Part shown: piece after piece, positions 1 through 10,355 of the stretch
Numbering within the stretch: position 1 is the stretch's first letter
How the letters are laid out: each line of letters opens with the position of its first letter
DNA from: Deferribacteres bacterium
GTDB taxonomy: Bacteria; Zhuqueibacterota; Zhuqueibacteria; Zhuqueibacterales; Geothermadaptataceae
DNA: 64,000 nucleotides
Assembly: GCA_020633655.1 (NCBI GenBank)
Contig: JACKDF010000003.1
Span: forward strand, 405,989 to 469,988
Direction: 5' to 3'
The notes under the pieces: generated by a model
The model's database searches: none
Seen by the model: only the letters and a program-made list of their open reading frames with translations
Told to the model about the DNA's origin: nothing
Program-made: the position numbers and the translations under genes

Positions 1-2490
1 GAACAACCGCAGGGCATACGCTACGCGGTTCGATATTCTTAAATAACGGCGATAATCTGCCATAATCGTGTAAAAATTCACATTGGAATCACGCACATCA
101 ACGGTATTTCCGAGGGTAAAAGAAAATCGTTCTCCATCAACCGGACCACTTGCACCCCACAAAGAGTTATCTTTTGTCCAGTTGACAAAATTCGATACCA
201 GCAATCCACGCACGTGATCAGAACCAAATCTGTTTTTATCCGATTCCCGTACATTCAACGAGGCCTCTACTCGCTGAAAAATAGAGAGCGGATAACTAAG
301 CGACGCAAAACCGCCATAACGTCTCTCATAATAGAAACTCTCAGAGCGGTTGTAGTAATTTCCCGCGAAATGGTAGAGTCCGTATGCAGTATTCATTCGG
401 CGGCTCAGATCAATTTTGGTAACAGCAACGTTGAAACTATTGAGCATATCCTCCCGTGTCGTCGCCGTGTTATAGACAAGAAAGTAGTATTTGTGATTTC
501 CAAGCATATCACTCATTGCGAGTTGCGCCCCACCGGATGTTCCAAAAAGCGGATCCTGCGTCACCTGGCTTTGTGCAATGTCGAGAGAAAACTTTTTGCG
601 GTACGCCAGTCGTGATGTTGAGGCAACGGCTGATATTTTTGTGGGTTGCCATCGGCTGGCTACTTTATTCAGCTTATCAGGCTGTTCGATCTTTGATGTA
701 TTTATAAGTGTATGTAAATCTTCGATTTTTCGAAGTTGAAAGGAAAACCGCTCAAATCCGGTAAAGACCAGGGAATTATCCCCCATCCATTCAGGATCAA
801 ATGCCCCGGTGATATAATCCGTCACCCGAATCAACCGATGATCTGCATCGATGGCACTTGGGAAAGGTGCCTGAGGCAATTTAAAGGCATCACCATTGGA
901 AAAATTCGCGGCGAGCTGGGCGCTTTCCCTGGGAGCTTGTAATAACCAAATATTAAAGGCCCCATCCCTATCCGAAGTAAACGCAATGGATGATCCATCG
1001 GGAGACCATACCGGGGTGAGATCGTTTGCACTGCTGCTCGTAATATAAGTAATATCTCCAGTCGCGACATTGTACATGAATAAATTATACTGACCGCCTT
1101 CTCCTTCCGGTCCCCGATCGGAACTAAATGCAATGAATTTGCCATCGGGAGACCATGCAGGGTCACGATCGTCGTAGAAATCGTTTGTTAGTTTTTGTAG
1201 TTCGTTTTTTGCAAAATCGAAAGTGTACAGATCACTTTTTCCGCTGAAGTCAACTGCAGAAAAAACGATATTCGCACCTTCAGGGTGCCAATTGGGGGAG
1301 AGAATGGTCACAACATCATCAAATTGCAGACGGTTTTGTATTTTTCCACTTTCGATATCGCATTTGTAAATCGCGTCCTTGCCGTAACTTTTGGCAACGA
1401 ATACCAATTCACCAAACTGATTTGCATCAATTTTACTCTTTAAAATATTGAATGCCTCAAACTTACTTGAGCGTTCCCCTTTTACGACAACAGCAATGTC
1501 TTTTTCTTTATCATTTGATTCAGGATCGATGGTGTAAATATTGGAATAGCCAATACGGTTCGAAACAAAAGCGATGCGTTCTTTATCGTGAAATCTGCAA
1601 TAGGCCGGTTTTGTATTAATTCCTTTTTGGGTGAGACGATCCGTCACCATTCCGGGCATATCGTATTTGTCGATGATTGGGTATTTCGTTTTTTTCAAAG
1701 AATAGAGCCATTGCTCATCAAACTTTTCATAATCAACGCCAAGGGTATATTTCATGACGTCTGAAAAACTTTCAGACATCCATATATTCTGCATCAGTTG
1801 TAATATTTTTTCTTCCCCATACTTTTCGCTGATGAAACGGCAGATAGCCTGGCCTTCCTTGTACATGAGAAAAGTACCAAAAATGCGATACATCTGTGTT
1901 AAAGGGACAACGTAACCACTGATGACGGCATCGCGAATGAACATTTCTGCTTCACTATCCCAGCCTTCGGACCAGTACTCGGCAATTCCTTCCGTGAACC
2001 AAAGCGGTAATCCCTGGTAATTCGATTTCCTATGATCTTTCAAAGTGCGGTTAACTACACTGTGTGTAAAGACGTGGACAAGCTCATGATTAATGACATG
2101 TTTGAATTTGTACAGTGAACCGTCTGAAGGAATGACAACACGGCCTTTCATAAATTCAAAAAAGCCACCAACACCATGGGGTATTAGGTAAGGAATCGTA
2201 TTTGTTTGTTGAAAATGGAGGTGATTGGAATAAAAAATCAATGGGATACGACGCGGTATGTTCTGGTTAAATTTCACCATTAATCTTTCATAAGCATTTT
2301 CTGCATAAGACGCGCCGATCTCAGCCAATTCCTGCATTTCCGGGTAGTAATAAATATCAAAATGCTCTGTTTTTAGTATGTGCCAATCGAAATCGTCGTA
2401 TTGCACTTTATTTCTTCCGAAATAATACTGTGCATCCAGATTTGTGCTCAATGCAGCAAAAAGTAACATCCCGTAAAAAAAACGCTTCAT
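1..2490 (-). CDS. Partial (C-terminus beyond window edge) secreted gluzincin-like peptidase / PD40 (TolB-like) propeller protein; paralog of 10356-13370
   Basis: Absent from the ORF track because no stop codon lies in the window. Hand translation of the reverse strand from ATG 2488-2490 (GAGG 7 nt upstream) stays open for all 830 codons down to position 1. Signal-like N-terminus MKRFFYGMLLFAALSTNLDAQ. HELVH at 2074-2088 is followed by WFTEGIAEYW. PD40-type repeats are present (DPAWSPDGKFIAFSSDR, TPVWSPDGSSIAFTSDRDG). Motif order matches the 1004-aa protein at 10356-13370. Confidence 0.8.
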   Translation of the reverse strand, partial: MKRFFYGMLLFAALSTNLDAQYYFGRNKVQYDDFDWHILKTEHFDIYYYPEMQELAEIGASYAENAYERLMVKFNQNIPRRIPLIFYSNHLHFQQTNTIPYLIPHGVGGFFEFMKGRVVIPSDGSLYKFKHVINHELVHVFTHSVVNRTLKDHRKSNYQGLPLWFTEGIAEYWSEGWDSEAEMFIRDAVISGYVVPLTQMYRIFGTFLMYKEGQAICRFISEKYGEEKILQLMQNIWMSESFSDVMKYTLGVDYEKFDEQWLYSLKKTKYPIIDKYDMPGMVTDRLTQKGINTKPAYCRFHDKERIAFVSNRIGYSNIYTIDPESNDKEKDIAVVVKGERSSKFEAFNILKSKIDANQFGELVFVAKSYGKDAIYKCDIESGKIQNRLQFDDVVTILSPNWHPEGANIVFSAVDFSGKSDLYTFDFAKNELQKLTNDFYDDRDPAWSPDGKFIAFSSDRGPEGEGGQYNLFMYNVATGDITYITSSSANDLTPVWSPDGSSIAFTSDRDGAFNIWLLQAPRESAQLAANFSNGDAFKLPQAPFPSAIDADHRLIRVTDYITGAFDPEWMGDNSLVFTGFERFSFQLRKIEDLHTLINTSKIEQPDKLNKVASRWQPTKISAVASTSRLAYRKKFSLDIAQSQVTQDPLFGTSGGAQLAMSDMLGNHKYYFLVYNTATTREDMLNSFNVAVTKIDLSRRMNTAYGLYHFAGNYYNRSESFYYERRYGGFASLSYPLSIFQRVEASLNVRESDKNRFGSDHVRGLLVSNFVNWTKDNSLWGASGPVDGERFSFTLGNTVDVRDSNVNFYTIMADYRRYLRISNRVAYALRLF

Positions 2491-2749
2491 CAACTACCTC
2501 GGTTTCCTGGTTCGCAGGTTTTCATGTTTAAAGAATTTAAAAAGAATAGCAGGGTGATCAAGTAAATTATTCCCTTTGCAAGTCGATAAATTCAATAACC
2601 TTTACCGGTTATAAAATGTAAGATAATCACGTAATTCTGTTCATTTTAGCTTTTACAATTCTGCATCGGCCATACTTTTTTGAAACTTGATGCACGCTAA
2701 AAAACAGTAAAATCTTTTTAAGACTTAACTGGATTCCACTGACAAGTCA

Positions 2750-3907
2750 ATGCAAAATATAAGTTCAGCTCAGTCATTAATCGAAGCGAATAAAGAGTTA
2801 ACCCAACATTTATTCGAACTCCACAACATCTTTAAAGTTTCCGCTGAGCTTACATCGATCATCGATGCCACGAAATTAAAGTATACTTATTTGATAAACT
2901 CCATAGGTATATTGCGCGCCAGTGGTGCAATTTTACTGCTTCCTCAGCATCCTGACAGAAAAACACTCACCGTTGCGCTCAGCCGAGGCTTTGCCAAGTC
3001 GTTCACAGATGCAATAAATATACCGACTGAAATGCTAATGCGTAATCTGGCTCATCTCATGACAGGCACCTATAACATTCTTGAAATCGATACACAGGAA
3101 GCACACGATATTTTACCGGATCACTACGAAATGCTTCAGACAGGCGGTATAAAATTAATTGCACCATTGAAGCATTTGGATGATTTCATTGGAATTATGC
3201 TTATTGGTGAATCAATCAATCCGAACGGATTCCGGCCAACCGATTTCGATTTATTTTCCATCTTAAACAACTTCTTTGCGACCGTGCATTCCCATGCGGT
3301 ATTAATTCATAAATTAAAGAACCTGAGTACCACTGATCATCTTACACAACTTCTCAATCGCAGGGCTTTTAATAAGTCTCTCACAAGAGAAATCGCGCGA
3401 TCCTTGCGGTACGAATTAGAATTTTGCCTTGTGCTTATCGATATTGATCACTTCAAAAACTACAACGACACCAATGGTCATCTTGCAGGAGATTCACTTC
3501 TGCAAACTTTTGCGAAATTGCTACGCCAATGCGCCCGTTCCAGCGATATAATTTCACGATTTGGTGGAGAAGAATTCGCCATTATTTTAATTGGTGTTGA
3601 TGAAAATGGCATAAATGCATTTTGTAACCGTTTGCTAAAAACGATTCAGGAGTATCCTTTTGAAAATGCACAACAACAACCACTTGGTTTTGTAAGCGCA
3701 AGCGTTGGTGCAGCATTTTTTCCACGCAACGCAAAATCCAACAAAGACCTGATTGCGTGTGCAGACATTGCGCTTTACAGTGCAAAAAATGCCGGTCGTA
3801 ACTGCGTTAAACACTTTGGGGGTAAACAATTTAACCAATCAGACATCGATTCCGGAAAATCGTTCAGAATAAACCGACGCAAGATTCAGAGAAAGGTAGT
3901 CCGATGA
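2750..3907 (+). CDS. Diguanylate cyclase (GAF-like N-terminal region + GGDEF domain)
   Basis: Active-site RFGGEEFAIIL. An RSSD I-site lies exactly 5 residues upstream of GGEEF. DIDHFKNYNDTNGHLAGD is typical of GGDEF domains. Confidence 0.9.
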   Translation: MQNISSAQSLIEANKELTQHLFELHNIFKVSAELTSIIDATKLKYTYLINSIGILRASGAILLLPQHPDRKTLTVALSRGFAKSFTDAINIPTEMLMRNLAHLMTGTYNILEIDTQEAHDILPDHYEMLQTGGIKLIAPLKHLDDFIGIMLIGESINPNGFRPTDFDLFSILNNFFATVHSHAVLIHKLKNLSTTDHLTQLLNRRAFNKSLTREIARSLRYELEFCLVLIDIDHFKNYNDTNGHLAGDSLLQTFAKLLRQCARSSDIISRFGGEEFAIILIGVDENGINAFCNRLLKTIQEYPFENAQQQPLGFVSASVGAAFFPRNAKSNKDLIACADIALYSAKNAGRNCVKHFGGKQFNQSDIDSGKSFRINRRKIQRKVVR

Positions 3908-5532
3908 AAAAAATGATCTTCACCTCACTCTTTACACTCATACTTATATTTTCACTCACTACCTTGACTGATGTGCACCAGTCGCAATCGGCTTTAGCAA
4001 GCAGTAATTCATTTCAGGATAAACTGGAAATTTTTCAGTTGATTTTGGATACAATTCAACAACGATATGTGGATGAATACAGCAAAGATGAGTTGCTGGA
4101 GTATGCAATAAACGGCATGCTTTCAAAGCTGGATCCGCATACATCCTATCTACCTGTAGATAATTTTAAACGCTGGAATAAGAATTTTGAAGGATTTCAA
4201 GGGCTGGGTATCCAGTATATTTTTATTGATAATGCTCCAACAATCACAGGATTTATTTCAGGTTCACCCGCAAAAGAAGCCGGGGCGAATACCGGAGACC
4301 GCATCATCGAAATTGATGATCTGGATGCAAAAAATTTGTCCCGATTGGAATTAGCAGAAATTATCAACAACTCTCCCCATCCAGTTTTAACGATGAAAGT
4401 ATGGCGTCCGAGTGCAAATGAGATGCGTACTTTTAAAATTCGTAGAACGCATTTAAATCTAAAAAGTGTACAGACCAAAACCATGTTGCAGAACGCTGTC
4501 GGGTACATTCATATCGATCGTCTTTGTAGTAATACAGTATATGAACTCGACGCAGCGATGGAATTGCTTTCCAGACAAGGAATGCGCAGCCTGGTCATTG
4601 ATTTGCGTGACAATGGCGGTGGGTACCTTTCTTCTGCAGTTGAAGTTGCAGACAGGTTTCTTCCTCCCGGCAAATTGATCGTCTATACGATGGGAAAAGA
4701 CCCGGCATCCTATCAGGAGTATGTTTCTTCACGGTCGTCAATGTTTTCGGAAATTCCCTTGACAATTCTGATAAATCACGGTACAGCAAGCGCAGCAGAA
4801 ATTGTTGCAGGAGCACTACAGGATTGGGATCGGGCGCTCATCGTCGGAGAGACCAGTTTTGGGAAAGGTCTCGTTCAGAGCCAGTACCGCTTCCGGGATG
4901 GTTCTGCATTGTTAGTAACCACCGCAAAATATTACACACCTTTAGGCAGACTGATTCAACGCAACTATTACGACTGTACTAAGGACGAATACTATTATGA
5001 CGCCTATGATGAAGAATCGCACCGCCCCGAGCTACAAGCGCAAAATGGTGAAACATTCGTGACTCCACGGGGCAGAAAAGTGTTCGGTGGCGGTGGTATA
5101 GCTCCCGATGTCTGGATGAAAAACAATGCCTCAATCGTTTCTGATGAATTGCTTGATCTGTATTTGAATCACAATGAAGAAGTACTAAAATTTGCACTGA
5201 AATTACTTTACAAACGTCCATTTTTAAGCAAAAAAACAGCTGAAGAATTGGATGCAAGCATTTTCATCACAGAGGCCGAAATGCACGATTTTAAAACTTT
5301 AATTGGCAATTTCAGCAATAATTATTCACCAAATTTTTTCGAACGAAATAAAAAGGATATTCAATTCCTGTTGCGTCGAGAAGTTGGCTATTTATCGCAT
5401 GGTTCCGATGGGCGATTCAGCATCGCTAAAACACGGGATACACAGTTATACACAGCGATTGAGAACCAGCGCAAGGCTGTCTCTTTGGTACAATACCAGT
5501 TAAGTCACTTGTCGAGAGAAAAAACGGAGTAA
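3904..5532 (+). CDS. S41 family C-terminal processing (tail-specific) peptidase with PDZ domain
   Basis: Signal peptide MKKMIFTSLFTLILIFSL; GTASAAEIVAGALQDWDRALIVGETSFGKGLVQS catalytic region; PDZ-like GDRIIEIDD. The start overlaps the GGDEF stop (ATGA at 3904-3907). Confidence 0.9.
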   Translation: MKKMIFTSLFTLILIFSLTTLTDVHQSQSALASSNSFQDKLEIFQLILDTIQQRYVDEYSKDELLEYAINGMLSKLDPHTSYLPVDNFKRWNKNFEGFQGLGIQYIFIDNAPTITGFISGSPAKEAGANTGDRIIEIDDLDAKNLSRLELAEIINNSPHPVLTMKVWRPSANEMRTFKIRRTHLNLKSVQTKTMLQNAVGYIHIDRLCSNTVYELDAAMELLSRQGMRSLVIDLRDNGGGYLSSAVEVADRFLPPGKLIVYTMGKDPASYQEYVSSRSSMFSEIPLTILINHGTASAAEIVAGALQDWDRALIVGETSFGKGLVQSQYRFRDGSALLVTTAKYYTPLGRLIQRNYYDCTKDEYYYDAYDEESHRPELQAQNGETFVTPRGRKVFGGGGIAPDVWMKNNASIVSDELLDLYLNHNEEVLKFALKLLYKRPFLSKKTAEELDASIFITEAEMHDFKTLIGNFSNNYSPNFFERNKKDIQFLLRREVGYLSHGSDGRFSIAKTRDTQLYTAIENQRKAVSLVQYQLSHLSREKTE

Positions 5533-5615
5533 TGAAATTTTACATTTGCAGGGATAAAACAAAAGGAATTGAAACTGATGGCTGGTACAGCAAAAGTTTT
5601 TGGACACTGGCCTTT

Positions 5616-6668
5616 TTACTTTTTCTGTTCCAGTAAATCATAACGGAAACGATGCAGTTCATCGAATTCAGGATTGAACATACGAATCTGAACACCCTCA
5701 AAATTGGAAAACAGGCAGGAATTATGTTTGTCTGTTAACCCACCTATCAAAGCCGCAGGAATTTTTCTTTCCGAACACAGCGAAAGCAAAGCATCACAAC
5801 CGCTATCATCGAGTACAGCCATGAGGCAGCCGCTCGAATCTGTGCTGAGAGGATCGAGGCGGAACAAATCACAAAGCAATTTGGTCGGTGTGAGCATGGG
5901 AACGCGTGCAAGATCGATTTCAATACCGAGATTATAATGTTCGGCGATAGAATAGCAACGTATTGCAAGGCCGCCTTCTCCAAGCAGAGAATAGTGACCG
6001 TTCACCGGAAATTTTCGGCGAAAGCGCATGAAAGATTTTCCCGATATATGGGTCATAAACTTTATTTCCCGGCACCACTTATAAAATTCCGGGTCGAAAT
6101 TACTTCGAATTTTCTCACCGTAAAGCTCGGTTAACAAAAGCACAGGTAACGCTGCAAGCGGATTAACAAGCACGATCTTCATTCCGGGTTGCAGCATAGA
6201 TTTTTTTCGAAATTCCTGTTCCTCACGATATCCTGCTGCAGATAAAATAAACATTGGATCTTTAATACCCGGGTGTTGTAATATTTCGCTTTTTCCGAAT
6301 TCATATTTATGTTGGGCAAGATGTGCTTCCAGGTCAGAAATAACTTTGTTGGAGAATGCATCCACAAACCCTTTTCCAGCAGGCAGGATCAATTTGCTGT
6401 GTATTTCTGAAACATTTATAGAATTGAGCAGAAGCTTGTTATGCAAACGGTAAAAGACAATTTTTGCCAGATCATCAAGCGGATAAGAGGCTATTTCTGA
6501 AGCAAGGTAATAGGAATCGGTCTTTGTGCTTTGCGTGTTTTCCGTTGCGATGGTTTCGACATCTGGATGAACAAATGGTTGAGGCAGTACGGCGCTTTCG
6601 ACAGCATCTATTTCTTCAATTTCGAGTTCTTTAAAAATGTGATCCAAATGGAAGCGTGGTGTTTTCAT
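5616..6668 (-). CDS. Hypothetical protein with PurM/AIR-synthase-like C-terminal domain
   Basis: C-terminal half (GEGGLAIRCYSIAEHYNLGIEIDLARVP ... GCLMAVLDDSGCDALLSLCSERKIPAALIGGLT) follows the AIRS_C pattern. N-terminal ATP-binding motifs are not recognisable. I prefer the start at MKTPRF (6668) over the track start at 6749. Confidence 0.45.
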   Translation of the reverse strand: MKTPRFHLDHIFKELEIEEIDAVESAVLPQPFVHPDVETIATENTQSTKTDSYYLASEIASYPLDDLAKIVFYRLHNKLLLNSINVSEIHSKLILPAGKGFVDAFSNKVISDLEAHLAQHKYEFGKSEILQHPGIKDPMFILSAAGYREEQEFRKKSMLQPGMKIVLVNPLAALPVLLLTELYGEKIRSNFDPEFYKWCREIKFMTHISGKSFMRFRRKFPVNGHYSLLGEGGLAIRCYSIAEHYNLGIEIDLARVPMLTPTKLLCDLFRLDPLSTDSSGCLMAVLDDSGCDALLSLCSERKIPAALIGGLTDKHNSCLFSNFEGVQIRMFNPEFDELHRFRYDLLEQKK

Positions 6669-6795
6669 ACAATTATACAAAGGAATTGGGGTTAGGCTTG
6701 GGTAACACAATGCTACCACAAAAAAAACATAGCCCTGGTTACAATGCAAGCAAAAAATTATGAATAAATGCGACTAATATGAATAAAGTGATGCG

Positions 6796-7794
6796 TCAAC
6801 TGTTGTTTTTTGATTCCGGCAACGAAACATGTCGGGAAAACACATAAGTGTGTTTTAAAATAAGCTCTTCTGAGTTTATCGGTAAGTCGCCGAAGTTTTT
6901 CCACTGTCTAATTGTACCAAGTATCTCATTTTCAAATACAGGTGAGTTCAGCGTAGAGTACGCTACAGACGCAAGAGTAACCTTACCGGAATGATTTATA
7001 GCGAATCGTATGGATAGTTTTCCCTGTAAATCCGGCTGGATTTTCAATGCGTTACGGTAGTGCTCTAAAATGAGTGGATTATGCGATAGGAGCACATTTT
7101 TGATGTGCTGTATGTCTTTTTGAGATAAACTTTGGGAAATGGTACTGTCATGCAAAAATTTTTCCTGCATATCTGTGACAGAGGATATCTCATCAGAGTA
7201 TGGGTTATTATATTCTTTCGCGCTGGAATATTCGCTTCCCGGTTCTGGTATAAGGAAATCATGAAATAGTTCTAATTTATCCTTTATGTTCAAGGATGTA
7301 CTATCCAAAGCAGCATAAAAATCTTGTGTTTCCGCATCCAGACCATCTGCTTGTCCATGAACCAAGCCTAATAATCCTGTTTCACTGACATTTTTTTTCA
7401 TAGCTTCCAGGCTGTCCTGTTTTCCAATCTCAAGATCAGCGGTTGCAGGTGAAACGAAGTCAGACTTTTTCTGCAGAATGGACGATGTTACCATCTGTTG
7501 TCCACTTGAAGTCCTATCCTCTTGTAAAGATACAGAATAATAGGAGCTTCCTGAAGCTTGTTCATCTTCACTCATGTCATTGAGATAGCGTTCAGCAAAG
7601 CGTAGCATCAACTTTTGCGACATCCGCACATGTGGTTGCATCGGATAATGATTAAAGAGATATTGTATACTTACACCATGAATCAGAAGTGAAGCAACGG
7701 CAAGTAAAATAAATTTCCAGTCCCGTGAACGGAGAAATTTTTTCTCGTATTCCTTTGGAAATTTATCGCGGTTGTCTCTTTTCAATCTGAACAT
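6796..7794 (-). CDS. Membrane-anchored protein with TonB-C / AgmX-PglI-like C-terminal domain
   Basis: One N-terminal TM helix (WKFILLAVASLLIHGVSIQYLF), then a low-complexity Ser/Asp/Glu-rich linker. The C-terminus (GKLSIRFAINHSGKVTLASVAYSTLNSPVFENEILGTIRQWKF) resembles TonB C-terminal folds. Confidence 0.5.
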   Translation of the reverse strand: MFRLKRDNRDKFPKEYEKKFLRSRDWKFILLAVASLLIHGVSIQYLFNHYPMQPHVRMSQKLMLRFAERYLNDMSEDEQASGSSYYSVSLQEDRTSSGQQMVTSSILQKKSDFVSPATADLEIGKQDSLEAMKKNVSETGLLGLVHGQADGLDAETQDFYAALDSTSLNIKDKLELFHDFLIPEPGSEYSSAKEYNNPYSDEISSVTDMQEKFLHDSTISQSLSQKDIQHIKNVLLSHNPLILEHYRNALKIQPDLQGKLSIRFAINHSGKVTLASVAYSTLNSPVFENEILGTIRQWKNFGDLPINSEELILKHTYVFSRHVSLPESKNNS

Positions 7795-7874
7795 GCTTTT
7801 GATTCGTCAGTATGAATAAAAATACAAGGCTACAGGCAATTTTCTGGATGTTTTAGCAAATTTTGTACATAAGA

Positions 7875-8792
7875 TTACAAAAAATCATTGCTTGATGCGG
7901 ACGATTTTGCCCAGAATTTCAGATGTGCCAGACAATCTGCAGGAGTATATGAAATGATGGTTCGAAGCCTGTCACTACTCAGGCTCAAATCGCGAGGTCG
8001 TTGGGCATGCTGTTCCATATCCGAAAGGTGAATTGGTTTTAGCAGCGCTTCATCAAAATGGAAAACCCGACAGACGTAGCTGCCAAACTTCATTCGATCG
8101 AGCTTCTCAGCTCCACCCACATGCACAATTCCATAATAGTCCGAAAACAATAATGCACGAAGAACAAATGTCAGCTCATTTACGCTCACTGGTGACCGGT
8201 ATTGATCTATGAAAAGCGGCACTTCCAATTTTTGCTGCAATCGACTTATTATCCATGTTAGAAATGAGCTGCCTCTCCCCTTTTGTACTGGCAATCCATA
8301 AACCAAAGCAATTCGTGCAATCACTGCCTCCGGATTAACCTCCAGAACACCTGTTTCGGCCGCCAATTTTGCCCTACCATACAAACTTAGGGGATTTGGC
8401 ATGTCATCTTCACAGTAACTGCCCTTGACGCCATCAAAAACCATATCACTCGATACAAACAGGTAGCGAACGTTCCTCTCCTTGCACAGGGATGCCATGA
8501 AAACAGGGGCTTCAGCATTGATCCGATGATTTGCATGCGGATTCTTTTCGCACCAGTCAAGATTGCTTTTGGCAGCACAATGAATCACATGCGTTGGTTG
8601 GATCGTATGGAAAACTTCAGTAAGAGAATCACTACTTTGGAGATCGATGTGTACGTAATCGTAACCATCAGGCTGAGGAGTGTTAGAGTGAAAACATCCA
8701 ACAGCTTGTGCAGGATTAAAATGATACAAAACATGTGAACCCACAAAACCGGAAGCACCAGTAACGAGGACTTTTATTCTTTGATGTTCCAC
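7875..8792 (-). CDS. NAD(P)-dependent sugar-nucleotide epimerase/reductase (extended SDR, RmlD-like)
   Basis: Rossmann motif KVLVTGASGFVGSHV and catalytic YGRAKLAAE (YxxxK). Length of 305 aa is typical of dTDP-4-dehydrorhamnose reductase-like enzymes. Confidence 0.75.
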   Translation of the reverse strand: MEHQRIKVLVTGASGFVGSHVLYHFNPAQAVGCFHSNTPQPDGYDYVHIDLQSSDSLTEVFHTIQPTHVIHCAAKSNLDWCEKNPHANHRINAEAPVFMASLCKERNVRYLFVSSDMVFDGVKGSYCEDDMPNPLSLYGRAKLAAETGVLEVNPEAVIARIALVYGLPVQKGRGSSFLTWIISRLQQKLEVPLFIDQYRSPVSVNELTFVLRALLFSDYYGIVHVGGAEKLDRMKFGSYVCRVFHFDEALLKPIHLSDMEQHAQRPRDLSLSSDRLRTIISYTPADCLAHLKFWAKSSASSNDFL

Positions 8793-8803
8793 ATATTTCA
8801 GGT

Positions 8804-9520
8804 TTAGAAATGGATGCTCAATCTTAAAATTCCACCTTTGGAACCTCGTGTAGCTTGCAGAGCAAAGATATAATTTTGCTGGAAGGCATTTTCATCCCGT
8901 ACTTGTTTACGCTTGAGCCAAAGGGCATGCAATGCGCTCACAACATGATTTGTAATTACACCTGCTATAGCGAACTGGCTCCAGGTTTTCGCTTTATCTG
9001 CATCAATACGCATGGCTCGGTATTTTTGAGCGTTTTCAAGATTATCCCATTCCCAGAAATCATTGCTTTGGGGATCGCGCAAATCGTCCAGACTACGCCT
9101 TCGCAGCCAGGCTTCATTGTATTCGTAGATGGAGAGATAATCACCAATATCAGCCCAGTAAATACCATCTTTTCCCGAAGGATCAACCTGCGCGTGAGAT
9201 GAGGCATAGGCAATGTAATCATCCTGAACCCAACTACGGTAAGTTGAAAAGCCGATGGCGGAACCCAATAAAAGTGCCTCTGAGATCAGGAAATTACGTT
9301 TTGCGTGATTGGCTCCTAAGGACGCTTGTCCCCATCCAGGGATTAACAATGATTTAAGAAAAACAGTTCCACCTGCGGGAGCCTCCCTGTTTTCAATCTG
9401 AAAAACAGTATTGGCTGATTTTGCAGGATTCATGTTGCCCAGTTTTAATTCATTCTGGGCACATATAACCAACGGTAAACTGAAAATCAATATTGTTTTG
9501 CTAAACTGTGAAATCACCAC
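8804..9520 (-). CDS. PG.GQ-motif membrane protein (DUF5683-like), paralog A
   Basis: Signal peptide, LLIPGWGQ motif followed by a TM segment, and a C-terminal TM FAIAGVITNHVVSALHALW. GTG start overlaps the upstream paralog by 7 nt. Confidence 0.5.
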   Translation of the reverse strand: MVISQFSKTILIFSLPLVICAQNELKLGNMNPAKSANTVFQIENREAPAGGTVFLKSLLIPGWGQASLGANHAKRNFLISEALLLGSAIGFSTYRSWVQDDYIAYASSHAQVDPSGKDGIYWADIGDYLSIYEYNEAWLRRRSLDDLRDPQSNDFWEWDNLENAQKYRAMRIDADKAKTWSQFAIAGVITNHVVSALHALWLKRKQVRDENAFQQNYIFALQATRGSKGGILRLSIHF

Positions 9521-10290
9521 AATATCCTCATTGATAAAGCAGGTACGTAATTATTCGCTACGGTTCGTTGTGGTATAAATCCTAACGATGCCTGCAGTTC
9601 ATTGCTTTGTCGTCCTGCGGAATATCCCGCTTCCAGAGCACTGACCAGGTGATTTAGGATGACCAGAGAAATCGCTGTGCCTGCCCGTTTAAAGGCGTCG
9701 TTGCTGTCTTTGCGCATAAAAGTGTAATCCTCACGCAATTGACTGTCACGCCCAAAATCCGACTGCGCATCATCCCAACCCGAATTGAACTGATCGTATT
9801 TCCCTATATTTTCATAATAGGTCTGATTGCGCCACTCCGGCAGGTGATGGCTCCAGCGTCCTGATTCATAAGTCCTTAACGCTTCCATATCATCGCGATC
9901 TTCACCGGAAGCGGTAGCCAATGCATCCCAATAGCGGTCTTCGATCCAATGTTCGTCGGCGTAAGCTTCATAGACATTTTCCAGGTCTTTCCCTTCATTA
10001 TTTTGATTGATGTAATAGAAAACACCCAGAATCTCAAAGCTAACGAAGCCAATAGCCCGATAATGATTTTTATTGTATAATTGCCCGGCTCCAGGTATGA
10101 GAGCCGAAAGTGCAAATGCCTTCAGAGCGTGCTGATGTTTTGTCAGATTCGATTCATCCTGTTGTGCTGTTTGCGAGCTCAGTTGAAATCGTTTTTGGGC
10201 GAGATGTTTTGCAAATTCACCACAATGTCCAGTGGAGGATGTGAATCCGAAGACAAGAATGAAAATGAAAAAATATCGGGGGAAACGCAT
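9514..10290 (-). CDS. PG.GQ-motif membrane protein (DUF5683-like), paralog B
   Basis: LIPGAGQLYNKNHY motif, TM segments and C-terminal AISLVILNHLVSALEAGY parallel the downstream paralog. The ATG at 10290 has AGGA 6-7 nt upstream; the track start at 10338 is also possible. Confidence 0.5.
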   Translation of the reverse strand: MRFPRYFFIFILVFGFTSSTGHCGEFAKHLAQKRFQLSSQTAQQDESNLTKHQHALKAFALSALIPGAGQLYNKNHYRAIGFVSFEILGVFYYINQNNEGKDLENVYEAYADEHWIEDRYWDALATASGEDRDDMEALRTYESGRWSHHLPEWRNQTYYENIGKYDQFNSGWDDAQSDFGRDSQLREDYTFMRKDSNDAFKRAGTAISLVILNHLVSALEAGYSAGRQSNELQASLGFIPQRTVANNYVPALSMRILW

Positions 10291-10355
10291 TATTAATCCT
10301 TGAAAAATTTTCGAGAGTGTTTCGAATGAAAGTTTCAATACGTTTGAAAATCAAT

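Noticed and set aside
214-1166. Track ORFs 214-615(+), 456-707(+), 736-942(+) and 831-1166(-) at the left edge.
   Set aside because: All lie inside the 830-codon open frame on the minus strand (1-2490), which gives a coherent peptidase/PD40 protein. They are shadow ORFs with no motifs.
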